Below, in pieces: positions 17,305 through 27,067 of a stretch of 64,000 nucleotides of DNA (position 1 is the stretch's first letter; every line of letters starts with the position of its first letter). The notes below the pieces were generated by a model. It was not told the DNA's origin. It did no database searches and saw nothing but the letters and a program-made list of their open reading frames with translations. The stretch covers positions 64,001-128,000 of the IMG/VR virus record IMGVR_UViG_3300027708_000025, one strand, 5' to 3'. Origin of the DNA: a virus. The translations under genes were made by a program, and so were the position numbers.

Positions 17305-17945
17305 GATGTAAGTTCGTCAACAAAGTTTAACAATAATTTATGGTTTCGTTCTTCGTGCCAATGTTTTGATATATACCCTCTAGGCTTTTCATACCAATAC
17401 TTCTGACTCTCAGGATGACAACCAATCACACCCACACGATTTTGAATGATTGCCATAGCGTCACCATTCGCATAAGTAGATACTATTTTAGCACGTTCTA
17501 GATTGCCTGTCAATGCACATCCATCGTAAAAAAACAACGTTTCAGGTTTGCCGTTCCAAGTAACATTTGCTACAGTAGAATATGATCTACGAATATCTGC
17601 TGTATTTTGTTTAATATACTGAACAGGTTCAATATCATCTAGTATATCAAAATAGTGACTGCCAGCCCAATATGCACCCATACATATTCCGAGATAATAT
17701 CCTTTAGATTCAACAAAATCTGCTATCATATTAGCACGTTTGCGTCTAAAGAATTTATCATAAGAATCTGCATCTCCGATACCTCCAGGAAATGCAACAA
17801 TATCTGTATTGTTCAAAACTGTCAGTAAATCACTATCTGTATTGAATAAATTAATCTTGTAATTTGACGATAATGCTTTAATCATTCCATCACAACAATC
17901 CGTAGAGCATTCTGGATGATTAACAAACAATGATATAGATTTCAC
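17298..17945 (-). CDS. Class I glutamine-amidotransferase-like (BPL_N-like) protein
   Basis: FPGG, YLGICMGAY nucleophile elbow, GCHPE triad. Confidence 0.8.
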   Translation of the reverse strand: MKSISLFVNHPECSTDCCDGMIKALSSNYKINLFNTDSDLLTVLNNTDIVAFPGGIGDADSYDKFFRRKRANMIADFVESKGYYLGICMGAYWAGSHYFDILDDIEPVQYIKQNTADIRRSYSTVANVTWNGKPETLFFYDGCALTGNLERAKIVSTYANGDAMAIIQNRVGVIGCHPESQKYWYEKPRGYISKHWHEERNHKLLLNFVDELTSC

Positions 17946-17946
17946 T

Positions 17947-18147
17947 CTATGCCATTCTGTCTACATTCTGTCCATTACGATTCATCATACGATTATTTTC
18001 AATTCGTGCTTGTTCTGCCACTTCACGTATTTGTTTAGTTCTGCGTTCTTCTAGTCGTAACTCGTCAAGCCTGCGTTCTGCATTTTTAATCTGCATGTTA
18101 CGATATATCTCAGCATTGTATTCTGCAATTCTATTGATAGTTGTCAT
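17947..18147 (-). CDS. Hypothetical protein
   Basis: 66-aa helical ORF in operon. Confidence 0.6.
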   Translation of the reverse strand: MTTINRIAEYNAEIYRNMQIKNAERRLDELRLEERRTKQIREVAEQARIENNRMMNRNGQNVDRMA

Positions 18148-18431
18148 TTTAACACCAAGAATGCTAACATAATACTTTGCAAGAAAAACCCAATACCGTT
18201 TGATAGCATATAGAGTTTATCTTTTGTAATTGCTGAACGAATAAAGAATAACAGTAAACCACTCCAGATTAATATAACCATACTTAATGGGGGCAATACT
18301 GTTGGTTCACCTTGAATTGCTAAGTATGTTACTGGTACTGTAGAGCCATGAATTAGAATCAATCCAATCCAACCACAAATCTCACCAAATTGAAGTACAA
18401 CCCAGTTATACCATTCTGTAATTTTAATCAT
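18144..18431 (-). CDS. Small multi-TM membrane protein
   Basis: Start reassigned to MIKITEWYNW; three hydrophobic segments. Confidence 0.65.
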   Translation of the reverse strand: MIKITEWYNWVVLQFGEICGWIGLILIHGSTVPVTYLAIQGEPTVLPPLSMVILIWSGLLLFFIRSAITKDKLYMLSNGIGFFLQSIMLAFLVLK

Positions 18432-18432
18432 T

Positions 18433-18912
18433 TCAAATGTCTTTCTTAAGTAATCTAAGAGTAGGTTTAAATTTTTGATAAAGGCCAATTTCACGTCCAT
18501 ATGCTTCAATCTCCCATAATGATTCCCAATATTCATCACCTTGATATTGTTCTCGTTGAAACGTTACCAAGTTCCTTTTTTCATGGAATTTTAATTCACC
18601 TTTTGCATATTGCTTTATGTGAACCATTTCATGTGCAAGACATTGTAAAACACGCTTGCCCATTTTATTCCATTCCAAATTTATTACAAATTGTTTATTG
18701 CTTGGTAGTCCTAGAACATCATCTTTAGGAAACGCTTCACCAAGTATTTTGTTTTTTGTATAAAAATCTTTTATGACGTTTACGTTGATTTCTAAAGAAT
18801 CCGACAATCGCTCGCTCATCAAACGGCTTGCATAAAAATGCGTAGCCATCTTTAAAATCTTTCTATCCCTTGGCGTCAAGGTTACCCCTTTTGTCCTGAG
18901 AATGAGTTTCAT
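18433..18912 (-). CDS. Zn metallopeptidase-like protein (HExxH)
   Basis: LAHEMVHIKQY...WEIEAY. Confidence 0.8.
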   Translation of the reverse strand: MKLILRTKGVTLTPRDRKILKMATHFYASRLMSERLSDSLEINVNVIKDFYTKNKILGEAFPKDDVLGLPSNKQFVINLEWNKMGKRVLQCLAHEMVHIKQYAKGELKFHEKRNLVTFQREQYQGDEYWESLWEIEAYGREIGLYQKFKPTLRLLKKDI

Positions 18913-18938
18913 TTTTGAGTTCCTTTCCTAGCATATCT

Positions 18939-18967
18939 ATTGTAATGCAGTTACGGCATCTTGTCAA
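18939..18967 (-). promoter_or_regulatory. sigma70-type early promoter
   Basis: TTGACA-17bp-TACAAT. Confidence 0.75.
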
Positions 18968-19006
18968 GGGATATTTAGGGAAAGGAGTATATTTCACATT
19001 ATGAAA

Positions 19007-20422
19007 TTATACCTTTAGATTGCCAAAGTCTCGGTTTTTTTGCATTCGTTTGCCGAATCCAGACTTATCAAATGCGGGTTTGTCATCTTCAATTTGTCCA
19101 CTATCGGAAATGTTAGTTTGTGCTGACTCTTCTGCATCATAGAGTTTCATTTTTGCTCTGTCAACACCAATCACAAAACGTTTGTTTGTTGTTGGATCGC
19201 TGTAACGATTCTTCAACTGCTTGACCATGATCTGATTTAAGTCTGCAAGTTCTTCGGTTGAAATCAAAGCAAACATCAAATCTGCTGTAGCTGGCAGACC
19301 AAACGATTCTGAAGTATCTTCAAGCCCAACGTCAGAGTTTGTGAAACCACTTCTTGTTGTTTGTGTAGCTGATACGACAGGCACTTTATGCTCAACTGCA
19401 AGTCCACGCAATTCTTCTGCAATTGCTTTAATATATGTGTAAGAGTTTATAGAAGAGCCCATCTTCATACGTGCGGAAGAACAGATGTTTAGATAGTCAA
19501 TGTAAATGATATCAGGAACAAATTGACGTTTCAATTTCAACTCATTCAACAAATGTGCAAAGTGATTTACGTTTGCACTAGCGGTTGGATATTCTTTGAT
19601 GATTAACTTACCTTTAGTCTTCTCACGTAGAGTTTCAACTTTCTTCAAGTATACGTCTTTAGGCATACCAATCAATCTGTCAAGTTCAACATTCATCAAG
19701 TTAGCATCAATACGTTCTGCAATACGTTCTTCAGCCATTTCCATTGTGATGTAGAGAACGTTCTTGCCCATTGTCAGATTGGCTGCCGCACAATGACACA
19801 TGAACAAAGATTTACCAACACCAGTACCAGCAAGAACGATGTTCAGAGATTTTTCTGCAAGCCCACCTTTAGTGATTCTATTCAAATAGTCGAGATCGAA
19901 TGGGATTCGTCTTTCAACTTTATGATAGAAATCATATCGTGTTTCTGCGTCATCAATAAAATCGTGCCCAATGTGATTGTCAAAAGAAACCGAAAGCGCA
20001 TCTGCTAGGATTTTAGGGATTGAACCTTTATCAAGTTTTTCTGTATTGTTCTTATTCTTGTCATCAAGAATCTGAATGCTTTGCATGATGCCATTATAGA
20101 TAGCTTTCTCTTGGCAGAAATCTTCTGTGGCGTCAATCAACCATTTGGTGTCGGACACCTCAGGATCAATTGTGATTTGTTTGACTAACGCAATAGTTTT
20201 CTTGTGTTGGTCATCTGTTAGATTAACTCTCTTGTCAATCTCAATAGCCAATGCTTCTTGCGTTGGCATTGTGTTATACTTATTTACATAACTTTCAATT
20301 TCAGAAAACAATAATTTTTCTGAAGAATCTTGAAAATACTCTCCTCTAATGAATGGTAAAGTCTTTCGTGTATACTCTTCATCCAATATCAGGTGTTTCA
20401 GTATTTTTTGTTCCAAGTTCAT
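19007..20422 (-). CDS. 41: T4 gp41-like replicative helicase
   Basis: AGTGVGKS Walker A, IYIDYLNI, SATQTTR, QLKNRY. Confidence 0.97.
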   Translation of the reverse strand: MNLEQKILKHLILDEEYTRKTLPFIRGEYFQDSSEKLLFSEIESYVNKYNTMPTQEALAIEIDKRVNLTDDQHKKTIALVKQITIDPEVSDTKWLIDATEDFCQEKAIYNGIMQSIQILDDKNKNNTEKLDKGSIPKILADALSVSFDNHIGHDFIDDAETRYDFYHKVERRIPFDLDYLNRITKGGLAEKSLNIVLAGTGVGKSLFMCHCAAANLTMGKNVLYITMEMAEERIAERIDANLMNVELDRLIGMPKDVYLKKVETLREKTKGKLIIKEYPTASANVNHFAHLLNELKLKRQFVPDIIYIDYLNICSSARMKMGSSINSYTYIKAIAEELRGLAVEHKVPVVSATQTTRSGFTNSDVGLEDTSESFGLPATADLMFALISTEELADLNQIMVKQLKNRYSDPTTNKRFVIGVDRAKMKLYDAEESAQTNISDSGQIEDDKPAFDKSGFGKRMQKNRDFGNLKV

Positions 20423-20723
20423 TCTTATACCTTTTTTCTGCTTCGTCTAATGAGTGTCTTAGAAGATCATTTAAAATTTCACCGAGGTGCGCTTCAAAGT
20501 CATTGTTACCATGTAACGCTTTGTGTTCTTCATCTATTATATCATAGTTGAAGCCAATTGAATACGTTCCGTCAGGATTTTCTTCTTCGGAGAAATTAAT
20601 TTCACCAAAAGTAAATTCAACATCTTTATATTTACCAGAATTAATTTTAATAGATGCGACTGTATCTTTGTCTTTATATTTGATATCACGCTGTGTGATT
20701 TCATAATCTTCATCAATCTTCAT
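20379..20723 (-). CDS. Hypothetical protein at the T4 gp40 position
   Basis: Acidic 114-aa ORF between uvsX and 41 (synteny only). Confidence 0.5.
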   Translation of the reverse strand: MKIDEDYEITQRDIKYKDKDTVASIKINSGKYKDVEFTFGEINFSEEENPDGTYSIGFNYDIIDEEHKALHGNNDFEAHLGEILNDLLRHSLDEAEKRYKNELGTKNTETPDIG

Positions 20724-21795
20724 TTGCTAACTCCAATTCTACTTCATCATCAACAACACCCTCAACTGCATCTTGTCCGTACATGAATTCTTTTTTACAT
20801 GCTTCATCGATCAAGTCTAGAATTTCTTTAGTGAAATACTTTTCTGGTTCAGCATTAATGTTCTTACCAAAGACTTTCACACCATTCGACAATACGTATT
20901 GCGTAGACACTTTCTTAATAATGCCATACTTTTCTGCAATGTCAAGCAATCCGTAATAACGATCTAAGCCTTTGCTGTATGTGATTTTGATTTCAACAAA
21001 TTTATTTTCTTTTGTTAAACGGCTCTTGTGCAATTTTGCTTTAACAATGTTACCGATAACTTCAGTACCATCTTTGTCTTTCTTCTTAGACAGATATACG
21101 ATTGTAGATGCTGTGTACTTCAAACCAGAACCACCAGACATTTCTTTCATTGGCACATATGAACCAACAACATCATAAACGTGATTTGTTACGATCAAAG
21201 GCACACCAATCTTAGCAAGTTTCAAATTTAACACACGAAATGTCGCTTTGAGAATTGCACTCTTAGTCATGTCTTTTGTTTCTTTGCCTTCAGCAGTATC
21301 TTCCATTTCTTTTGTAGAAGATAACTGACCAAGAGAATCGAGAACCATCATCATTGGCTTACGTGCTGATTCTTTTTGTGCTTGATACTTTTCAATGATT
21401 TGCAATGCAGTATGACGAAACTTTTGAATCGTATCTGGTTCAGAGATAACAACTCGTTTAGTGTCTACACCACGACTGTCCATCATAGACTTTGTGACTG
21501 CCGCTTCGGTGTCAAAGTAGATAACACCGCCATCAGGATTTGCATCAAGAAATTGTTTGATAACACCAAGCACAAAGAAAGTCTTACCCGTTGAAGACTC
21601 GCCAGCAAATGCTGTCACTTTGTTGTTTGGTACACCACCATAGATGCTACCACTCAGTAGTGCATTAAGTGCATAAGAGCCAGTGTCAATGCTACCACTA
21701 AACTCTGCCGATGCGCCACCATCAGAAAGAATCTTTGTGTCATCATCTTTCAATTGCTCAACTAAATCTGTAAAAAAATTACTCATATCAATCAC
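20713..21795 (-). CDS. uvsX: UvsX RecA-like recombinase
   Basis: [28 protein letters not shown]. Confidence 0.95.
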   Translation of the reverse strand: MIDMSNFFTDLVEQLKDDDTKILSDGGASAEFSGSIDTGSYALNALLSGSIYGGVPNNKVTAFAGESSTGKTFFVLGVIKQFLDANPDGGVIYFDTEAAVTKSMMDSRGVDTKRVVISEPDTIQKFRHTALQIIEKYQAQKESARKPMMMVLDSLGQLSSTKEMEDTAEGKETKDMTKSAILKATFRVLNLKLAKIGVPLIVTNHVYDVVGSYVPMKEMSGGSGLKYTASTIVYLSKKKDKDGTEVIGNIVKAKLHKSRLTKENKFVEIKITYSKGLDRYYGLLDIAEKYGIIKKVSTQYVLSNGVKVFGKNINAEPEKYFTKEILDLIDEACKKEFMYGQDAVEGVVDDEVELELANED

Positions 21796-21820
21796 CTTTT
21801 ATATTATTACACAATAAATT

Positions 21821-21849
21821 ATTATAACATTAATCGAACGAAAAATCAA
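21821..21849 (-). promoter_or_regulatory. sigma70-type promoter for uvsX
   Basis: TTGATT-17bp-TATAAT. Confidence 0.55.
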
Positions 21850-22832
21850 GTGTCTGCGTACTTTGCAAATTTTGATCTACCATCTCTGGTGTATTTGCGT
21901 TTAAAATCTTCCAGTTCTTCTTTTGTCATGGGTATGGGTTCCATGAGTGATGCATTCAAATTTTCATCACCAGTAGATTGTTGTGCCGTTTGTGTTTTTT
22001 GTTTTCTTTTTTGTTTTGGTGCAACTTCAGCAGATGGAATATCAATCTGATATCCACCAGACTTTTCTTCTTTTTTTCTTGCTATTTGCCTCAGAGAAAA
22101 GTTACCAGCGATAACAAGCAAGACTGCCATTGGGTCAAACACAAGAACCAAAAGAATAATAACGAATCGTACAGACTTATCTAGTAAACTGGAATCAACG
22201 CTGTCGCCGTAGATTAGCGCCGCAATATATTTAATCGGACCAACTTCTGCTTCCACTTTACGAATTTCGGTGGCGATAGGTGCTCTTTCTTCATTAAGAG
22301 TCGAAACCCGCTTGTTATATGTTTCGATTTCTTTAAGTAAGCGACCACGTTCAGCCTGTTGGGCTTTGCGTAGACTTGCCGCTTTTTCTGCACCCTTTTC
22401 GTTTGTTGAACGAACCATAACTTGGTCCACAGCTTCATCCATCTGTTTGAGAGTTTTGCGATTAACATCTATATTATCCTTTTCAACTTTAATCTTCTCA
22501 TCGATAAGTGCAATCTGTGCTTGTACATCACCACTTACTAAATTTTGATCGTTGTGTGCTTTAGAAAGATATCCAAAGATTCCCAATGATGTAATGAACA
22601 TTAAAATTATAACTGCTATTGTAAAATAGTACTTCAAAAATCTTGGTGCAATTGTCCAATTCTTATATGCCCATGATGCGGCAATGAGTTTAGAAAATTC
22701 AAGCGCACCACCCATGATTGCAATTGGAATGGGGCTAGCCGCAAAGATAGCCATTAGACCAATAACAGAATAGTATGCGGCAATAGCAGAAAGAGATATT
22801 GCACTCAATAATGTAATCAAAGCAAATAGCAT
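21846..22832 (-). CDS. Membrane protein: 3 TM + coiled coil + TM
   Basis: Hydrophobic N-terminus (AAYYSVIGL...LEFSKL...TSLGIFGYLS), coiled coil, EVGPIKY...VFDPMAVLL. Confidence 0.75.
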   Translation of the reverse strand: MLFALITLLSAISLSAIAAYYSVIGLMAIFAASPIPIAIMGGALEFSKLIAASWAYKNWTIAPRFLKYYFTIAVIILMFITSLGIFGYLSKAHNDQNLVSGDVQAQIALIDEKIKVEKDNIDVNRKTLKQMDEAVDQVMVRSTNEKGAEKAASLRKAQQAERGRLLKEIETYNKRVSTLNEERAPIATEIRKVEAEVGPIKYIAALIYGDSVDSSLLDKSVRFVIILLVLVFDPMAVLLVIAGNFSLRQIARKKEEKSGGYQIDIPSAEVAPKQKRKQKTQTAQQSTGDENLNASLMEPIPMTKEELEDFKRKYTRDGRSKFAKYADT

Positions 22833-22834
22833 AA

Positions 22835-23242
22835 TTATCCTCTAGTTAACAACAACACCTTATCAATCTGTTCTTGAATCTTTGCAGTACGATTCGGCCA
22901 ATAGATATATTCTTTCTCTGGATTCTTCATCAGGTTAACAAGCAAAGGCATAATGAGTTGTTCTAATTCTTTTAGATTCTTTTTTACATCTACTATCATG
23001 TTCTGACGTTCTGCATCAAGTCCAAGTTTACCTTGATTGTATAGTGATAACATCGAATCTAATTTTTCTTCTACACGTTGTAGAGATTCTGAAGATTGTG
23101 CTACCGTTTGTTTAACAGTAACCGTATCTTCTAATGTATTTGGATCTGTGAGTCTAGTTAACGTTGATTCGTCAACTGCACTAAATCCAAAATCATCTTC
23201 TTTTCTAAACGCTAGGTACTCTGATGGTATTTTTGTACTCAT
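22835..23242 (-). CDS. Conserved phage hypothetical protein
   Basis: DFGFSAVDE...PLLVNLMKNPEKEYIYWPNR; start overlaps gp43 stop. Confidence 0.75.
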   Translation of the reverse strand: MSTKIPSEYLAFRKEDDFGFSAVDESTLTRLTDPNTLEDTVTVKQTVAQSSESLQRVEEKLDSMLSLYNQGKLGLDAERQNMIVDVKKNLKELEQLIMPLLVNLMKNPEKEYIYWPNRTAKIQEQIDKVLLLTRG

Positions 23243-25737
23243 GTGAAAAAGTTCTCCAATGAAGAAACACGTTCTGTCTTCCAACCAATTGTGTTTACGA
23301 TTGTTTTTAATGGCTCAAGATATGCTTTATCAAACTGCGTATCGTAGTCGATATATTTTTCTACGCCAAACTCTTTTGGTAAGACTGTCAGAATAGAAAA
23401 TACATTTTCTTGAACGGGATTTGGAACTTTCATGTAACAGAATTTAGTCTTATCGCCATCCTGAATAAGCTGATACTTCTTAGTCAGTTTATACTTTTTC
23501 AGAAACGTATTAAACATTATCGCACCACGCACATGCATAGGTGTGCCTTTTGAATATAGTTCCGAACTGCTCATGTATTTAGATAGATCACTAACACCAC
23601 GTGGGAATGCAATGTCTTCGAATGGAAGAGTTTTGAATTCTTGTTTGAATGCTTCAACGAAAGATTGAAAGTCTGTTTCATTACCATTCATCACAATCTT
23701 CAGAGACTCTTTAATCTTATCTCTACATGACATTGGTGTGGAAGACTTGACAGCTTCGATGCCCATCATCTTTAGCTTTGGCTCTGCGAATCGAACACCT
23801 TCAGAATCATACACGTTTAGAATGTAACGCTTCTTTGCAGTCCAGATGCCTTTGTTGGCAATCACTTCACGTTTCATCTGCATCTTCTGGTCGAATGCAT
23901 TCATGTAGTCTGCTAGTTCTTGGTACGACTTGTCGATGAATGGTTCGAATTTTTCTGTACATGCTTTGTTGACGAAATCGACAATCGTTTCAACTTTCGT
24001 TTCACTCTTCGATCCATAGACCATATGTACCAGCGGACCAAGATTGACGTACACCGAGTCTGTATCTGACGCAATAACATAATCAATATCCTTAGTCTTC
24101 AATAGTTTGTTTAGATAACCATTCAACTTCATTTCAATCCATCGAATGGCTAGTTGACCAGACAGAGTAATTGCCTCTGCTTGGCGAATGTCAAAGAACC
24201 TAAAGTATTGATTACCAAGTGCGCCATAAGCGGAGTTCAATTGTACTTTCTTTGCGAGTTGTAAGTTCTTGTACTTTGAAATCTGATTTGTTATTTCACG
24301 TTTACGTTCTTTGTCTGTTTCTTTTTCGTAAGCCTTTTGAGCCTCAATCATTTTCTTTTTGTACAATGACCGATCATCATACATGCGTTGCATCATAGCA
24401 GGCAGAAAGCCTTGCTTGTCACGCTTGAAGTAATGCCCATTGGCTGCCATGCAATATTCACCCTGTGCTTGATATTCGCTGTTCAGCAAATTATCAATAG
24501 AGATACTTGTGTGGCGACCTTCAATAATTGTTTCAGGTGAAACATTGTACTGCATAATCAAGTGTGGATACAATGAGTTCAAGTCAAACGACACAACCCA
24601 TTCATGCATACCAACAATTGGATCTTTTACATAAGCGCCAGCATACTGTTCATCTTTTGGTGTACGAACATTCTGCGGAACAACAATCTTCTGTTCAATC
24701 AATTCATTATGAATCAAAGTATCCCACATGCGTACTTGCGTGAACACATCGGTGTAATTAACTTTAGCATCATATGCAAGTGCAAGTGCCATGTCAATCA
24801 ATTGCATCTTAGCATCAATACGATCCACAAGTTCAACGTCATGGATGTTATACTCAATAAACTTTTGAAAGTTTGTTCGGTACAACTGATGCAGACTTTC
24901 AACTTCAGAGTAGTCTAATTTCTTTTCACCAAGTTCAAGATACGCAATGTGATTAAGACTAAAACTTTCTTGTTGTGAGTATGTAAACTTCTTGTATAGT
25001 TCAATGTAATCAAGAATAGCAATACCCACCAAGTCAAATGCTACTTGCTGTTTGTTATGGATCGTAGTTGTACGTTCACCGATTCTACGAAATGGTGATA
25101 GACGTTTTGCAGTATTGTCGCCCATGAGTTTTGTGATACGATTGTTCAGATATGGAATATCAAAGAATTGAATGTTCCAACCAGTTACAATGTCTGGAGA
25201 TGTTTCTTCCCACATGTCAAGGAAGCGCATGATAAGATTATTCTCATCACGACACTTCATGTACGTTACGTCATCACGATTGGTTTCAAAGTCACCACAG
25301 CCAAACACATAGAAGTGTCCAGCTATCTTAAACGTGATTGCTGTAATTGGCTCAGTCGCAGACGCAGGTTCAGGAAAACCATTTTCAGAACCAACCTCAA
25401 TGTCAATATTTGCAATCTTAATTTGTTCTGGATCATAATCTACTTTACCAGGATACGCCTCATTGATATAAACGTAAGGGAAATTTGTTGAGCCATACAC
25501 TTTGAAGTTGTCAACGTCTTCATATCGTTTCATAAACTCAGTAGCATCACGCATGGTGCCTTGTGATACAGGCGCAACCGCTTGCCCGTCTAGTGTTTTA
25601 TAATCAGAGTCTTTACCACTAGCAGATACGTACAATACTGGATTGTATTCTATCTTATCATTGAATCTCTTGCCATTGTTATAACCACGAACAAGAATAT
25701 GATTTCCGAGTTTAGAGAAGTGTGTGTAAAATTTCAT
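23239..25737 (-). CDS. 43: T4 gp43-like family B DNA polymerase
   Basis: DIEV exonuclease motif, FDLNSLYPH, KVQLNSAYG, SDTDS; C-terminal clamp-binding peptide SLENFF. Confidence 0.98.
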   Translation of the reverse strand: MKFYTHFSKLGNHILVRGYNNGKRFNDKIEYNPVLYVSASGKDSDYKTLDGQAVAPVSQGTMRDATEFMKRYEDVDNFKVYGSTNFPYVYINEAYPGKVDYDPEQIKIANIDIEVGSENGFPEPASATEPITAITFKIAGHFYVFGCGDFETNRDDVTYMKCRDENNLIMRFLDMWEETSPDIVTGWNIQFFDIPYLNNRITKLMGDNTAKRLSPFRRIGERTTTIHNKQQVAFDLVGIAILDYIELYKKFTYSQQESFSLNHIAYLELGEKKLDYSEVESLHQLYRTNFQKFIEYNIHDVELVDRIDAKMQLIDMALALAYDAKVNYTDVFTQVRMWDTLIHNELIEQKIVVPQNVRTPKDEQYAGAYVKDPIVGMHEWVVSFDLNSLYPHLIMQYNVSPETIIEGRHTSISIDNLLNSEYQAQGEYCMAANGHYFKRDKQGFLPAMMQRMYDDRSLYKKKMIEAQKAYEKETDKERKREITNQISKYKNLQLAKKVQLNSAYGALGNQYFRFFDIRQAEAITLSGQLAIRWIEMKLNGYLNKLLKTKDIDYVIASDTDSVYVNLGPLVHMVYGSKSETKVETIVDFVNKACTEKFEPFIDKSYQELADYMNAFDQKMQMKREVIANKGIWTAKKRYILNVYDSEGVRFAEPKLKMMGIEAVKSSTPMSCRDKIKESLKIVMNGNETDFQSFVEAFKQEFKTLPFEDIAFPRGVSDLSKYMSSSELYSKGTPMHVRGAIMFNTFLKKYKLTKKYQLIQDGDKTKFCYMKVPNPVQENVFSILTVLPKEFGVEKYIDYDTQFDKAYLEPLKTIVNTIGWKTERVSSLENFFT

Positions 25738-26042
25738 TAAATAATAATAGATTGTGTCTTAGGCATAACTATACCTGAGCCGTATATCTCATTATACTTG
25801 TTTTCAATCTCGGGCGCAACTGTTACATCATAGATTACGTTGGCACGATTGATATCTACCTTCTTTTGTTCAGAGAAGATAAGCATAGGTTGCATTTGAA
25901 GACTTGCTTTGCCATTTGGTCCCATTGCAATTGCAAGTAAGCATGGGTTTTCAATTGAAAATATAGCACCATTACGTTCTGTAATGTTACCAACAATTTC
26001 TTCACCAGTGCTTAATTTTAAAATTCTAAGTTCATTTTGCAT
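25737..26042 (-). CDS. Small beta-rich (Sm-like) conserved phage protein
   Basis: ILKLSTGEEIVG...YNEIYGSGIVMP pattern. Confidence 0.7.
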   Translation of the reverse strand: MQNELRILKLSTGEEIVGNITERNGAIFSIENPCLLAIAMGPNGKASLQMQPMLIFSEQKKVDINRANVIYDVTVAPEIENKYNEIYGSGIVMPKTQSIII

Positions 26043-26059
26043 AATATATCTCCATAATT

Positions 26060-26086
26060 AAAAATGGGTGCCATTGCGGCACCCAT
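26060..26086 (-). terminator. Intrinsic terminator of the hsp20 operon
   Basis: ATGGGTGCC-5nt-GGCACCCAT stem followed by a T run on minus strand. Confidence 0.8.
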
Positions 26087-26090
26087 GGTG

Positions 26091-26156
26091 TTATTTAAAA
26101 CGCTCTGGGAAGTTTAAACGTTCCCACTCTTCATCGGATACTGGCCACCAGTTCAT
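26091..26156 (-). CDS. 21-aa micro-ORF
   Basis: MNWWPVSDEEWERLNFPERFK; ATGA overlap with previous ORF. Confidence 0.55.
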   Translation of the reverse strand: MNWWPVSDEEWERLNFPERFK

Positions 26157-26239
26157 ATCCAACCTTTTAGATCAATAATTGGATGTACTTCCCAACCATC
26201 TCTCTTCCATCTTAGAAGCATTAGTAGCGCATCAATCAT
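26153..26239 (-). CDS. 28-aa micro-ORF
   Basis: MIDALLMLLRWKRDGWEVHPIIDLKGWI; ATGA overlaps at both ends. Confidence 0.55.
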   Translation of the reverse strand: MIDALLMLLRWKRDGWEVHPIIDLKGWI

Positions 26240-26397
26240 AGCATACCTTTGCGTACTAATTCTTGCTGTTTGTTTTCCAAATCTTTATGGTCTACAGATT
26301 GCGATAGATAGTATTCAGCAAAACCTTTTGCTTTATAAGATTTTGCTTCTTGAATACCTTCAAGAATTGCCATGAAGAATTTTTTTACTGATTTCAT
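26236..26397 (-). CDS. 53-aa protein, DUF3563-like
   Basis: MKSVKKFFMAILEGIQEAKSYKAKGFAEYYLSQSVDHKDLENKQQELVRKGML; YLSQS.D..DLE motif; ATGA overlap with hsp20 stop. Confidence 0.7.
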   Translation of the reverse strand: MKSVKKFFMAILEGIQEAKSYKAKGFAEYYLSQSVDHKDLENKQQELVRKGML

Positions 26398-26897
26398 AAT
26401 ACATCATCCTCAGTTAAATATTCTTTAGAAGTTTTTTTAGTTTTAGATTCAGCATCCTTAACTTCAATCTTCTTTGGCTTCTTGTGTTCTGGAATGATTC
26501 GTTCCAAAGCAATCTTCAACATGCCATTAATCAAAGCGGCATCTTGAATTTCGATTTGGTCATCAAGTGCAAATGTGCGAGTGAATGCACGATTGGCGAT
26601 TCCTTTGAACAAGAAATTATCGTTATCGTCTTGTGTATTACCAGAAACAATAAGTTTATTGGCTTCTAATGTGATATCGATTTCTTGTTTACCAAAACCA
26701 GCAACAGCAATTTCAATGACATAAGTGTTGTCACCAGTCTTGCGAATGTTGTAAGGTGGGTAGTTTGGAATGTTTTTAGTTAAATCGTCATGCATCTTTG
26801 CCATGCGATTAAATTGGTCATCAAAGCCGACAAAGAATTTGTCAAAATCTTTAAAACCTGTTCCACCAAAGATAGTGGGTAATGGTGTGTGTCCCAT
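26394..26897 (-). CDS. Small heat-shock protein Hsp20 (IbpA-like)
   Basis: YPPYNI, IEIAVAGF, GIANRAFTRTF, NGMLKI. Confidence 0.95.
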   Translation of the reverse strand: MGHTPLPTIFGGTGFKDFDKFFVGFDDQFNRMAKMHDDLTKNIPNYPPYNIRKTGDNTYVIEIAVAGFGKQEIDITLEANKLIVSGNTQDDNDNFLFKGIANRAFTRTFALDDQIEIQDAALINGMLKIALERIIPEHKKPKKIEVKDAESKTKKTSKEYLTEDDVL

Positions 26898-27054
26898 AGT
26901 TTTTCTCCTATTAAGCGAGTTTAAAAAATTTGATACCCCGAAGGCATATCATTAAAATCCTGCTTACTGAATACAGGGGTACCATAACGTTGTACCAGCG
27001 TTAGACGCTCCTAAGGTAGAAGAGCCATTAACGTTCCCATCCCTGAGATACGTT
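26898..27054 (-). promoter_or_regulatory. Structured hsp20 5' leader with ROSE-like RNA thermometer
   Basis: CUCGCU-UAAU-AGGAG hairpin over the SD with bulged G; several upstream hairpins. Confidence 0.65.
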
Positions 27055-27062
27055 TATTTATA
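27055..27062 (-). promoter_or_regulatory. T4-type late promoter
   Basis: TATAAATA. Confidence 0.75.
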
Positions 27063-27067
27063 ACAGA

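Noticed and set aside
26958-27054. Possible known self-cleaving ribozyme (hammerhead, twister, HDV-like) in the hsp20 leader
   Set aside because: No CUGAnGA/GAAA core or nested double pseudoknot could be built by eye; kept only as an unclassified structured RNA
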